Positions 24,360-36,625 of a DNA stretch of 64,000 nt are shown in pieces (within the stretch, counting starts at the first letter, position 1; every line of letters begins with the position of its first letter). Source of the DNA: Saprolegnia diclina VS20 (lineage: Eukaryota); assembly GCF_000281045.1 (NCBI RefSeq), contig NW_008246091.1:419474-483473 (forward strand), given 5' to 3'. Made by a program: the position numbers and the translations under genes. The notes under the pieces were generated by a model. That model made no database searches and was not told the DNA's origin. It saw only the letters and a list, made by a program, of their open reading frames with translations.

Positions 24360-25037
24360 ATGCGAGTGTACCTCACAGTGCTGCTGGCAGCATCCGCCGT
24401 GCGCGGGAACGACAACGTCACGACGACAGCGCCACCGCCGAGCACGACGCCGCCATCGGTCATTACGTTTCCCCCGCGCACGACGCTGCCGCCCGCAGTC
24501 GTATCTTGGCCGCCACCGTCGCCGAGCGCAATACCGTTCGAGACACCATTGTCACCGACGACGAGCCCAGACAGCGTAGAGGGCATGCCAACCATCGTTG
24601 TCGTCTCCACGGAGCGTCCATCCAAGCAAAGCAGACCCAACTCCACCTCGTCCTCCTCATTGTCGTCGGGAGGTACACTGCATTTCTACGAGGCGTTATT
24701 TTCTCAAGGATGATCGATAGGCCAGTCGCACAAGACGCTGTACGTACTGCTGGGCTTTGGCCTCGCCGTGTTTGTACTTGGTATGCTTTTCGTGCTCATT
24801 TGCTCGCTCTACAAGAAGAAGATGAAGATTCTGCGCCTCCGAGCGCTCCAGCACGCGTCAAACTCGCGTCAGGAAGCGAGCGACGCCACCGAGTTTGCAC
24901 GCATGCCAAGCCCGAAAGCCAAGCGCGTGTCGTTCGAAGTCCGAAGCACGCTCTCGTCCGAGCCCCGGTCGTCAGTCAACCCAGGAAATAGGCTGCCACC
25001 ATTGACTGCCGAAAGTGCGACTCATCATCATTTGTAA
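24360..25037 (+). CDS. Type I membrane protein with Pro/Thr/Ser-rich (mucin-like) ectodomain
   Basis: Signal peptide MRVYLTVLLAASAVRG, PTS-rich stalk, intron ~24673-24721, TM followed by YKKK. Confidence 0.75.
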
Positions 25038-25462
25038 ACAAAAAACGAAACAATCCGCTCGTCCATGCTAATCAAGGAGGTAAAATAGTTCGATACACGC
25101 GTGTGGATTTCACACAAATACAGTATCCACGAACGCGTTACCCAAGTAAGCTTACACTAGTACACTGTATTCCAATCGACCAAAAGCAAAGTACTGCAGC
25201 TCGAGTTTACTGAGGAGATTCCCGCGTGTGGACGACTCCCATACTACTATCTTCTTCGTCTGGGCACAAGGACGTAGAGCTGGACGTAGTCGATCCTAGT
25301 TGCTTTTCATGGCTCTGACGTGGTGTCGGGTTGTGGCCGCGGGTTGTTGGGGGCAAATGGACCGAGAATGATTGCGCTCGTCAACAAAAATGGTTTGCGA
25401 GGACAATCATTCGCTCTTGCTGAGATTGCATCGGGCTGATGCATTCTCCAATTTGCCTTGTC

Positions 25463-26584
25463 ATGGTCACGTTTGCCGTCTCGTCCGTGAAGCGCAACGT
25501 CTGCAAAGAAGCTCCAACCGACGGTCAGCCGGTCACGACGCTCAAGGAGTTTGCCAAAGAAGGCTGCAAGGACATTGTCCAAGCCACCAACCTCGGGCCT
25601 GTCGTCGCGTCGAAAAGTGGCTTTGTGCGCGGTGTCATTGAAGCGTACAACAACCACCACGACCTCGTGCTCCGACCAGACGATATTTGGCTCGCGATTT
25701 CGATCCAGTTTGGTCTGTACGTCGATGGCAACGCCGAAGAGCTTCGCTCGTCGCTCGTCAAGCACGAAAGCAAGAAGGAACTTACTGTCACGACTGCTGG
25801 CAGCCTTTACTCGGTCGACTTTGGCGCGCTCTCCAGACAAATGGTCGACAAGATGGACGAGCACCTCGTGGACCCGAGCCTCAAGCACTGGGTGCTTCCG
25901 TCCTTCTCGACAACGACCGACCACGACGTCATCGTCGGCAGCGTCGTGCTCATGGCCACGATGAAGAAGTACTTCGGCTTCAAGATTTGCCTCGGCTGCG
26001 GTCTTCCGCATGTGACGCTCCTCGGCACTGTGGACGATTGGCAAGACATTCGTCGTCGCCTCGACAAGCTCTCAGCTTATGGCAAGCGCATGCAGCAGTG
26101 GACGACGATGCTGGCGCCGATTCTCGATCAGTTTGTGGCGGCGGCACAAGGCCAGGCGGACGTTGCGTTCTGGGACCGCATCTGCAGCCACAAAGGCGGC
26201 GGCTCGGGTCCGAGCTACCTCAACGGCTGGATCAGCGTCTTTTGTGTCTTCAACGACAAAGGCCAGTGGCAAGGCGACAAGATGACCGACAGAGTGCTGC
26301 AACGCAAGCCCGACGCAGAGATGCATACAGGAGGCATTCCTTATCATTACGTCGACGTCACGTACGACTTTCCGCTCGTCGACATGCAAGACATTCCGCC
26401 CGGGTACCTTACCGTCGACGTGACGATCGACGACAACGGGACCGAGTACAAGGCGCTCATGTTTGCGGGGCACATGGCCTACAGCATTGGTGACAACAAG
26501 GCGTCGATCGCACCGTCGCTGAGCTGGGCGATTGCGCTCAAGAACGGCGAGCCGGCACCCGAGGAAACCAACCCATTTGCATAG
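25463..26584 (+). CDS. DUF4419 family protein
   Basis: AYNNHHDLVLRPDDIWLAI, P.FSTTT..D, CGLPHVTLLGTVDDW, GGSGPSYLNGWI; intronless. Confidence 0.85.
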   Translation: MVTFAVSSVKRNVCKEAPTDGQPVTTLKEFAKEGCKDIVQATNLGPVVASKSGFVRGVIEAYNNHHDLVLRPDDIWLAISIQFGLYVDGNAEELRSSLVKHESKKELTVTTAGSLYSVDFGALSRQMVDKMDEHLVDPSLKHWVLPSFSTTTDHDVIVGSVVLMATMKKYFGFKICLGCGLPHVTLLGTVDDWQDIRRRLDKLSAYGKRMQQWTTMLAPILDQFVAAAQGQADVAFWDRICSHKGGGSGPSYLNGWISVFCVFNDKGQWQGDKMTDRVLQRKPDAEMHTGGIPYHYVDVTYDFPLVDMQDIPPGYLTVDVTIDDNGTEYKALMFAGHMAYSIGDNKASIAPSLSWAIALKNGEPAPEETNPFA

Positions 26585-26990
26585 TGAGACTGAGTGAGAG
26601 CTATCCAAAAGCATTTTTTAATATGCTTGATTTGAACATGTGCTCGATTCAAGTGACTGCTTTTGTACCACATGTAGTATGTGGCAAGGGTGAGGGTAAT
26701 AAAAAGCTTTTTTTAATGATGTGGGCAGGTTCAAGGGCTGGATCAACGGCATGGTCGCTTGGTTCGCCGTGGATTTGTTGGAGAACGCTTGTGACTGCGC
26801 CACGTCATAATCCCAATCTGTGTCATAAAAGGGTGGCTCGTATCGCCACCATACTATTATCAAAACGGCGTTTCTCGCTATCACCGCATTTTGACAAAAA
26901 TATTATAATATTTTGTCAATTCAATCAATTAGTTTGACGGGACCTAACCCTGGACCACACGACAAGTGAGTCGCTGGGTTGTACGATCCA

Positions 26991-27250
26991 TTAAGCGCGA
27001 TGTGCCGCCTTGGCCTCGGCCACGTAGCGCAAACGTTCGGCTTCGTCGATGGGAAAGGCCGCCAGAAGCACGCGCTTGAAGGTGTTGTCGTTCTGAATGT
27101 GGAACGCGCTCGTCAGAAAGTTGACCACGCGCTGCGCGCGATCTTGTTGGGTCGGGACGCGACCGCGGCTCCTCGATGACAGCGCTGGTCACTTCCCAAC
27201 GAGTGTACTGATGCCGTGGTCGTTGCGGTGGACGCTATTTGGGTACCAGG
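26991..27250 (-). pseudogene. Coding-like 3' gene fragment with frameshift/stop
   Basis: Frame VPTQQDRAQRVVNFLTSAFHIQNDNTFKRVLLAAFPIDEAERLRYVAEAKAAHRA* has gene-like codon use, but upstream it meets a stop or needs a frameshift; no start found. Confidence 0.35.
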
Positions 27251-27815
27251 CAAATTCGACTTCTATCTTCTCACTGCCTCTCTCACGTCGTTTTCCCCTA
27301 CTGCCTGCACTTGAAGCACGCACTCTGGTGTCCAGACCGCATCACCACATTGCCCAAGCCGGTACGATGGCCAAAGACCGGCTGAAATGGTGCCTAGAGC
27401 TGGCTTGGACGTCGTGGAGCGGTGTGACCGTATATCGCCTTCCTCGCCGTCTGTGGCCGCGCCACGTCAGAGCCCAAATCTGTGTTATAAAAGGGTTTGC
27501 CATTTCTATGACATACATATATTCAATCATTTTTTATAGTTACCACCGCTTTTTGACAAAATCGATCGTTTTGTCATTTTCGTTGACTAATTGGACGTCA
27601 CCTAACGCGTCGAGAAGTCCAACGACGATCTTGTTTCGAGCATTGATGTTGCGCGACCAGCACATCAGGTAAGGCTCGTGCGCACGCAACGACATATATG
27701 CCTTGTAGACGCCTTGAGCGCACGATCCACTTACTCGGCGAACAGCGCTTATGTTGCATGTCCCATGATCAAGTTGGGTGTTTCTAACGCTCTGTGTTCC
27801 ATACGCCAATTCCAG

Positions 27816-29750
27816 ATGCAATTCGCGGACCTGCCGCTGCCGGCGCCGGTGCAGGCGAGTCTTCGAGCCTGCGGCTTCCATGTCCCGTCGCCGATCCAGG
27901 CCAAGGCGCTGCCGATCGCTCTCTTTGGGAACGACCTCATTGCGCAGGCCAAGTCGGGCATGGGCAAGACGCTCGTCTTTGCGACAGTGGCCATCGATCT
28001 CGTCCATCGTTCGAGCACGAGCTGGGCTGTCATGCTGGCGCCGACGCGCGAGATTGCGCTGCAAATCCAGCATGTGTTGCAGTCATTGCTCGCACCGATT
28101 CCAAGCTTGGACGTTACCATGGTCGTTGCATGCATAGGTGGGCTGCCCATCGACACGGACGAAGCGAACCTCCGGCGCAAGACGACACGGCTCGTCGTGG
28201 GCACGCCCGGTCGTCTCAAGTCGCTCGTTCAGCGCAAGAGCCTCCTTGCCGACCAAGTTCATCTCCTCGTGCTCGACGAAGTCGACAAGCTGCTTCAACC
28301 CGACTTTGAAGCCGACGTACGATCCATCATGAGCTGCTTTAGCTGGACGAACGCCATTCATTTTAGATGCGATTTATCCTCTCGGCGCTGCCAACCTCCA
28401 AGCAAGTACGTGTCCATTCCTACGTCTTGATGGTCATCACCTTCATATAGACGATCGCTTGCTCGGCCACGTTCACGCCCGACCAGCTAGCCGACCTCGC
28501 ACGGCAAATGCATCATCCGCAGGTGCGCACGTCCACGTCGACCTCACATGCACTCATGGAAGCCTTGCATCAGTTTGTTTGCGTGCGCGGACCCAACGTT
28601 GTCACGACCGAGTACGTCCAGGCCGACGACACGGCCGCATGGCGCGACCGCGAGGCCAACGCGGCGCCCGAGGTCTGGCTGCGCGGCGTGCAGCAGCGCT
28701 ACGTGCTTTTGGATCCATCGAGAAAGGAAGAGTTGCATGTCGTCAAGCAGGAGCAGCTCACGAGCCTCCTCACGCGCCAGCCGTTCCACCAGTGCATCGT
28801 CTTCTCCAACGACAAGTTTCGGTGCGAAGACGACCGCTGCATTCTCTCAAGTAGCTTCCTTGTAGCGCCGAGACGGTCGCGGCGGCGCTCTCGACCAGCG
28901 GGTTTCCTGCCGAGTGCATCACGAGTGCGCAGAGCCAAGAGCAGCGCACGGCCGCCATGGACCGCTTCCGGGCGTTTGGAGTGCGCATTCTTGTATCGAC
29001 CGATCTCACGGCGCGAGGCATTGACGTGGACCGCGTCAACCTTGTGGTACGGTTCGACGTGGATCGTCGACACTAGGATATGGATGGTTCGTAGATCAAT
29101 TTGGAGCTGCCGCGGGACCCGGCGACGTATTTGCACCGCGTTGGTCGCGCGGGGCGCTTTGGGGGACACATATCCTTTGCACGAATCTTCTTGGTTATGG
29201 GTTTTGTATATGGATGAGGGACCTTGACGATATGTACGGCGTCGCAGTGACGCTGCTTGGGACAAAGGAGCTCGCCGCAGTCGAAGCCCTCGCAAAGCTC
29301 TTCAAGATGAAGATTACCGAGCTCGACTCTCACTGCGCCGTGACGCCCGACGTGGAAGACGACCACGAGCAAGGCTTGTACGCGCACACGGACCTTCCAG
29401 AGGAGCTGTACCAGCGCAACCCGACCCCGCTTCCCCCCGTGCTACCGTTGCTGCCAACGGAATTTGTCGCCGTAGAGTCGATCGAGGTCGTCGCCAAGCA
29501 GGCCGATCAACCGCGGTCACGGCCGACCCAGGCTCGGGAACTTCAAGCCCTGAAAACGAGCCAAGACGACAAAGCAGGCGCCGTCCATACACCCTTCCTT
29601 CGCGACGGAAGCGCCACTAACAATGTCCTTGCCAAGGAGGACCCTGCCGCCAACGATCACGAAGAGATGGTCGAGAAGCCGTGGACGCCGTCGCCGGCCT
29701 ACGAAGACGAGGAAGCGCAGTACGAAGCCTGGTGTCGAGCATTTCGATAG
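27816..29750 (+). CDS. DDX20: DEAD-box RNA helicase, DDX20/Gemin3-like
   Basis: [61 protein letters not shown]; multi-exon; long acidic C-terminal tail. Confidence 0.85.
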
Positions 29751-29826
29751 CTTGGGTATCCACCTCGTAAGATGGAGAGACATAGGTAGTTTGACCACTA
29801 TAAGTAAGAAGGGGGGGAAAGACACG

Positions 29827-30552
29827 CTACGTGTCGAAGTCCACGAGTTGCCGGACGGCCGTGCTGCCATTGTGGCGGCGGATGGGCGACGAATCGGGGC
29901 TCGAATCGTCGTCTTCCTCATCCTCAATCTCGAAGCTCTTGCTGTTGCGCTTCATCATCGGGGAACCAAACTCGTCGGCGTTGGGGGTCGGGCGCGGCCG
30001 GCAGCCCGGCTCGATGCGACCAAAGCCTTGCGGCTGCCACTCGAAGCCGCTTTGTCGAGGTGACTCCTGGAGGTCGTCGTCGTCGTCGTCTTCGTACATG
30101 GCATGATGCTCGGACGCGAGCGAGAGGAGCGTGCAGACCTCGCGCGTCGGGGGCGCTTCCTTCGTGAGGATGGTGTAGGCTACGAGCCCGAGCAAGATCG
30201 CAGCCACGCGCAGGAGCACGACGTTCCACGAAGGCAGCATGATGGAGACGAGGATCACGTCGACCACGCCAGCGGCGGCGAGGAAGGGATGCATCTTCCG
30301 CAGCGTCGACCGGAGCATGAGACTTGTCTTGGCGAGGAGGGCAAATGGGTTCTGAATGATACGTTGGTCGTCGATACTCAATATAAGGATATTCGAGTAA
30401 AAGGCGCGCTTGGGTACAGAATATTGCGACCACGACGGGACGACACGCGAGATATATTCATATTGGACCGTTGCGAAGCGCGCCTGGTTGTTGAGAGCTT
30501 CGACATTTGCACCTAAATTAGAAAAGGGAAGATATGTCAATATTGCGTCCAT
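29827..30552 (-). CDS. Hypothetical membrane protein (two TM segments, acidic C-terminus)
   Basis: 241-aa ORF; gene-like codon use from ~MLRSTLRK (~30319); true start and stop uncertain. Confidence 0.5.
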   Translation of the reverse strand: MDAILTYLPFSNLGANVEALNNQARFATVQYEYISRVVPSWSQYSVPKRAFYSNILILSIDDQRIIQNPFALLAKTSLMLRSTLRKMHPFLAAAGVVDVILVSIMLPSWNVVLLRVAAILLGLVAYTILTKEAPPTREVCTLLSLASEHHAMYEDDDDDDLQESPRQSGFEWQPQGFGRIEPGCRPRPTPNADEFGSPMMKRNSKSFEIEDEEDDDSSPDSSPIRRHNGSTAVRQLVDFDT

Positions 30553-30779
30553 ATGGTCACCCAGCTGGTGCGCACGGCGGTGGCTGCTGAGCCCGCTGGC
30601 AGCTGCACGACCACAGTCGACGACCTGGGTTCTTCGGCCGGCAGATCAGCGCTTGTGGCAAGTTGAACTCCGTTGCGCAATATTCGAGCGTTCATTGGCC
30701 AAAACTGGCTGTAAATCCTTGGCGACAGCCAATCCGCACGTTGCAAGGACTCTGGCCGTCGCTCTGGTCGCATTTGCCC

Positions 30780-32582
30780 ATGAGCAGCGCCAACATCGAG
30801 TCGCAGCCGCTGCTTCCCGAGCGGACGTCGCTCCGCCAGCAGCGCACAATCAACTGTGAGCTCATGGCTTACGACCGCATGCACGCTCATGGTGCTGCGA
30901 CAAAGTAGGGTCCATCTTCGTGCCAGTCTGCCTTGGCATCAGCCTCATTTGCGTCGGGCAGCTCGTGCTGAGCGTCGTGCACAACTCGCTCGGCAGCGCA
31001 GAGACGTTCACGGAGCCCGCGCACTTCTTGTCGCCGCGGCCATCCACGGCCAACTGCTCGCTGCATTGGTTTGACCAGCGCGTGGACCACTTTAGCACGC
31101 TCAACACCACGTACGCGCAGGTATTACATCATGTTTCATACCTGCTTGTCGCCAGAACTGGACGGACGGCGTAGCGCTACTACGTACACGATGCGTTCTG
31201 GAAGCGTAAGGCCGACGGTCACAAGGCGGACGGCCCGATCCTCTTCTACTGCGGCAACGAGGGCGACGTGACGCTGTACGTCAACAACACGGGCTTGATG
31301 TGGGAAAACGCCGAGGCGCTCGGCGCGGCCTTGATCTTTGCCGAGCACCGCTACTTTGGTGCGTCGTCTCGATCGTACGACACATACTGACACTGTTCTG
31401 GTGCAGGCGAGAGCCGCCCGTTTGGCGCCAACCAGATGCAGCACTTGGCCTACTTGACGCACGAACAGGCGCTGGCCGACTACGCTGTGCTGCTCCGGGC
31501 GTTCCAGACGTCGCGCAACTCGTCGTCGCCGGTCATTGCACTCGGCGGCAGCTACGGTGGCATGCTCGCATCATGGTTCCGCATGAAGTACCCGGGCACG
31601 ATCACCGGTGCCATTGCGGTACACCAAATGGCATCAACCGCGTGCACACCGACTCATGTTGTCGACTGCGTAGGCATCCGCCCCGATCCTTGGCTTCCCC
31701 AAAGGCTACCCCGAGCACTTTACAGGTGAAAAGTACTGGCAAGTCGTGACGCACGATGCGACGCCGGCAGCGGGCGCTGCGCCGACGTGCGAAGCCAACG
31801 TCCGGGCGTCGTGGCCGCTGTTGTTTGCGACAGCGCAGACAGAGACTGGTCGCCGCCAGCTGGGCGAGATTTTTCGCCTGTGCCGACCACTCCAGACGGC
31901 AGCGGACGCCGAGACGCTGGCCATGGGGCTCCTCATGGCGTGGGACACGATGGCGATGGGCAACTTTCCGTTTCCGTCGAGCTACCTCACGGGCGGCGCC
32001 GCCGACCTCCCGGCGTACCCTGTCCGCGCGGCGTGCGACGTCATGGCGACGTCGACGAATGCCTCGACGCTCTTGCCGGCGATGCGCGACGCGGCCAATC
32101 TCTATTTGAACGCAACCAAAGACGTGCCTTGCTTTGCGTGGGACACCCAAGACTTTGACGGGCTCTGGGGCTACGTGTGGTGCTCGCAGATGCTGCCACA
32201 AGAGTCATATTTCGACACGGACGGCGTCCACGATATGTTTTGGCCGCGGTCGCTCTCGTTTGACCAAGTGGCTGCCGACTGCAAAGCGCGCTGGGGGGTG
32301 TCGCCGGACCCGGACTGGATCCGCACCTCCTACGGTGACCTCGAGACGATGCTAAAAGCGACGAGCAACATTGTGTTTTCGAATGGCGGCTACGACCCGT
32401 GGCGCTCCGGCGGCGTCCTCGCCAACCCGTGGAACCCCAGCATTGCGATCGTCGACATCCCGGAAGGCGCGCACCACCTGGATCTCTTCTTCAGCCACAA
32501 GGACGACCCGGTCTCGGTGCGCCACGCCCGGCATATTGAGCTTGATCACATTCGCCAATGGATCCGCACCTTTGACGCGTGA
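30780..32582 (+). CDS. PRCP: Peptidase S28 (lysosomal Pro-X carboxypeptidase-like), type II membrane anchored
   Basis: FDQRVDHF, FYCGNEGD, AEHRYFG, QALADYA, GGSYGGML, NGGYDPW, GAHHLDL; four introns; N-terminal ESQPLL then TM. Confidence 0.92.
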
Positions 32583-33150
32583 ATCCCATAGGAACAGATT
32601 AACTACGAGTCGGATCCTGCTCTTGCAGAGTATGATTGATACATTGAGCTTTCGACCTGGGACCTCGGTCCGTACTGTAGTCTAGCCCTCGTGACATTAG
32701 CGTAACATAGCGGCGTGACTTTGACAAGGTATTACACCATGGTGGAGAAGGCTGCCGATCGCGAGCGATGCTGTAGCTGATAGAGCTCGTATCGACAGAC
32801 AGCAGCGTACCGATGCACAGGCCGCCGCGTTGTGTAAACGTCGCCTGGAGCGAATTAATAAAAATATTTTTCAGCACTAGATAGACCAGTTGTGATGCCG
32901 TTCCCTATTGCCAACTATCGCATTGGGTTTGCGTCCCCCAAGTCAAAACAACTGCTGTGATACAAGCCAACAGTGAGGACGTAGTTGCAGCTGTGAGACT
33001 CCAACTGCAACAAGTACCTCGTCAACCTGCGGACAGGCCATCTCTGTCAAAGTTCGATGGCGTCGCTGCTGACCGACAGAGGCAGACGCAGAGACAACAC
33101 TTGAGGAGCTTTCGATACAAAGGAAACGCGAGATCGTATCCTATCGTCGC

Positions 33151-33908
33151 CTACGCCTTGTACTGTCCGTTCGAGAGGCTGCAGCCAGGCGCCGGCGCCA
33201 TGGTCGGAGATGGCTTGTCGGCCTTGATGGCCTTGACGGCTTGGCCGTTGCCTTGCAGTGGCACGCAGTTTTCTATCGCAGAAAGGTCGTTGAGGCTGAC
33301 GTGCACGCAAGGAAGGAAGAGAGAACGTACTGTACACTTGCCACTGGGGCTGGTGCAGCGCGAGCCAGTAGAAGCGAAGCATGCAGCCGTCACCCGCGCA
33401 GCTCGAGTAGTCGACCGGCAGGTGGGCCGCGGGCTTTTGCGGAAAGTTCGTCGGGCAGTCGTCGTTCTGGAACACGCGCTTGTCGTCCAGCCATACCTCG
33501 CACGGACCCTATGCATGCAAGATGAGCCTCAAATCACCATGGCTTGTCTACCGTGTGGCTCGAGATGAAGCCTTCGCCCGTGTCGGGGTTCCGCCACGTC
33601 ATGGTGCCATCGGACGGGATCGTCTTCTTGGAGGCGTTCGGAAGCGAGTTGCCGCAGGCCGGCCCTTGGGGCTCGAGCATATCGCGGAGCGTCTTGAACT
33701 GGGACTGCGCCTTGAAGGCACTTGTAAAGGCCGCGACATTCTCTTGCGGCGAGCCGTCAAACTTGCCGGGCAGGTTGGCTTGGATCGTCGCCACGTACGT
33801 CGTACGCATGACGTTGAGCGAGAACTCGGCCGCGGGGTTGGACACGATGCCATGGCCGGCAACCAGCGCGAGCGAGATGCCGAGGGCAGAGCAGCGGAGC
33901 GGAAGCAT
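33151..33908 (-). CDS. Secreted AA17-family LPMO, copy B
   Basis: Same structure as 20173-20929; differs by P>L, V>A and A>T in exon 1. Confidence 0.85.
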
Positions 33909-34487
33909 GCGATCGACAGGTTCGAGTCCGAGGTGGCGAATTCGCAAATAAGCTTGTGTAGCGCCGGCGCCAAAGCTGTAGAAACCACGGGTAAAGGCGA
34001 CGGGTAAAAGCGCCGAGCCCTGTCGCTCCGCCGAGTCGGCGCCGGTCGCAGGCAAGCGCATCGGTGCTGGACAATCGCAATGCGTTGGTGCCAAGGCCAT
34101 GACCGAGCGGCGCGACTGGCGCAAAGGCTCGGTGCTCGACGCTGGCAGGGGAGGCCCATCGGTCGCTCGCTGGTTCGCTCAAGTTTCCGCGTGTTGCCGA
34201 ATGCAAATAGCTCGTAGGTGGCATGTGCCACATCCAAGTAGCCATGAAACGCAGGATCTCGCGCTCACGCGCCAATGGCAATGCACGAGACGCGCGAAAG
34301 ATCCAACGCCGCCGACAGCGACTTGTAGTCCGTCATGAACAGTGCTACGTAGAAAATCTCAACTATAGCAAAGTCTATAGAGTGTAGATAGACTAAATAT
34401 CGTTTTGGCCACAAAAGAACGAAGCCATCAGGAAGATCGCGATGACTTTTCTGCAAACTTTCCGGATTTGTCAACCGTTTTGCTTCC

Positions 34488-35560
34488 ATGGCCGATGGGA
34501 TTACGTTCGACAGCGCCAAGGGCGAGGTCGATATCGCGTCCGGGCATCGTCGCTGGGTGCGCGAGGCGCTCGAAAAGCGGCTCAAAAAGGCGACAGCGAC
34601 GGGCGCCGTCGACTTGAGCGGGCCGCTCGCGTCGAGCCTCGTGTCTGGCCACGCGAGTCTCCAGCTCGACCTTGTGCCAAAAGAGCTGTTTGCGACAGCG
34701 TCCAAACTCTCGTGGGCAAAGACGCATCTGCGGCGACTGTACCTGACCAACAACTCGCTCTCGCTCTTGTCGCCCGAAGTGGCCCTCTTCCAGCAGCTAC
34801 GCGTGCTCGGTCTTGGCGGGAACGCGCTCACATCGCTGCCAACTGAGATCGGCACCCTCCCGCACCTCGAAGCGCTCTATGCCGAGCGCAACCAGCTCAC
34901 GTGTGTCCCCGAGTCGCTCGGTCGCTGCAAAAAGCTAGCAACCGTGACGCTCGACTACAACCGGTTCCGGACCTTTCCGCTGCCGCTCACGCAGTGCAGT
35001 CGCCTCCAGCATTTGAGTTTGAGCCACAACGAACTCTCGGAGCTGCCGCCGCACATCCGCCGCCTCTCGTGGCTCCTAGAGCTCAATCTGGACTACAACC
35101 GCCTCGGACCCGACTTGCCACCTGAAATGATGTACTTGAGCCGGCTCCAGCGGCTCGGACTCGATATGAACCGGCTCGGGAGCGTGCCGCACTGTGTGCT
35201 CATGCTGCCGCAGCTCACAAACGTGCGCCTCAACGGCAACCGACCGTCCAACTACGTCGTCAAGGACTCGGTGACTGGCGAAGTGCTCGACGGTATCAAC
35301 GTCCCGGTGCGCTCTGGTCGACTCTTCAATGTATATATCAATGGGCGATGACCTAGATGCGCCACGATGGCTACTTGCAGCTGCGCGAGGCTGTCATGAC
35401 CAAAGACGAAGGCAGCGAATTGTACAAGAAGCGTGTCCAACATCTCGACGGCCTCGTTCCTGCCACGGACCTCAACCTCGAAAATGCATTTCACGACCGC
35501 GACAAGGACGAGGTACTCGCTGTCCATGCGATTCCTATCATTTCAAATACGCGGCGCTAG
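34488..35560 (+). CDS. Leucine-rich repeat protein, copy B
   Basis: Near-identical to copy A; intron ~35307-35356 joins to MRHDGYLQ..NTRR*. Confidence 0.9.
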
Positions 35561-36592
35561 ATTGGCCGCAAGATTCTACACGGCCGCAAGTAGCAACTGC
35601 ACAAGTGCACACAAGAGGTAATTTTTCACTGTTTGCTTCGCCAAAATATCTTGAGCTCCATAAATTAGGCGATTCAAAGTTGTGCCCATGACCTTTACAC
35701 CATACTATTGTATTAGTGCATGGCGCTGTTAAAATAGAAAAGGCGGGGCGTTCGTTCAGTAAGACTAGGCATCCCATCAGTCTGGTGGTACAAAATATAT
35801 GCTTTAAAAACACTGCGGCAGCCTGGTATCGAAGTGCCGACGTAAAATTAAGAGTGGTTTTGAACGTGTTTATTTCAATCAAGGCAGTGTACAGCATTCC
35901 AAGTTTTCTAAAATCTCGCTCCTGGTGGCGCATTGTCTGTTCTTTTTGCGGCAAAGATGATTAGCATGGCGAACGCTATGTTTGTAGGGGACATATTCAA
36001 CTATGGACGCACCACTCGCTCACTCACTCATATTATTGTGCCTTGGAACGCGGAGTGTCGCTGACGACGGAGCATTTTTGGGTTTGGTCATGATTGCAGG
36101 ACCACAGTAAAGACAATGCACATGCCTCACCTCTGCAACGGTCTCGCCTCCGCAAAGCTGTCGCTCCACACTCAAATCAAACGTCCACGACCATCACTTG
36201 CTACGCAAAATTGCTATACCACAAGTGCAGTATGACAAACCCGACACCATCTTGCATCAATTGAAACATTACTTGGTTGATATTATTCCGCTCCACGATA
36301 TATATATCAAGTTCGAACGATCAATTGCACCCATGGACGCGCGACCCGGCGTTCGTTTGTTGAAGTATCAAGTAGTACGTAGCAAGCAATGCCACATGTT
36401 CCTTTGCCGATCATTGCATGCTTGGCGCACCTCGGTCAGTCTCCCACCAAAATAGCAATTGCCAGGTCGGTCATTGGACAGACGCACCTCAGCAAGGTTC
36501 GCCAATGGCTGCGACGAGCACTATCAAGTTTATCAACTTGAAATCTAGTGGCGCACGTGGGGCATCCGGCATTATTGTAGCGTGTTTGAAAG

Positions 36593-36608
36593 TCTCAGTT
36601 TGCAATTC
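36593..36608 (+). promoter_or_regulatory. Inr+FPR core promoter of Myb copy B
   Basis: TCTCAGTTTGCAATTC resembles the oomycete consensus GCTCATTYBNNNWTTY; conserved in copy A as TTCACTTTGCAATTG. Confidence 0.6.
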
Positions 36609-36625
36609 AGACCCGACGACACAGA

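Larger units (their letters stand above)
33000..36017. repeat. Inner right arm of inverted duplication; pairs with 18056-21080
   Basis: Reverse complement of the left arm with scattered SNPs and small indels. Confidence 0.97.

Noticed and set aside
29620..29830. Spliced extension of the 29827-30552 gene overlapping the DDX20 3' end
   Set aside because: It needs a 33-nt intron, shorter than the others here; unsupported without transcripts.
18056..36017. Inverted repeats as TIRs of a giant transposon (Polinton/Maverick-like)
   Set aside because: The arms and interior consist of ordinary host genes; no transposase, integrase, polB or TSD seen.
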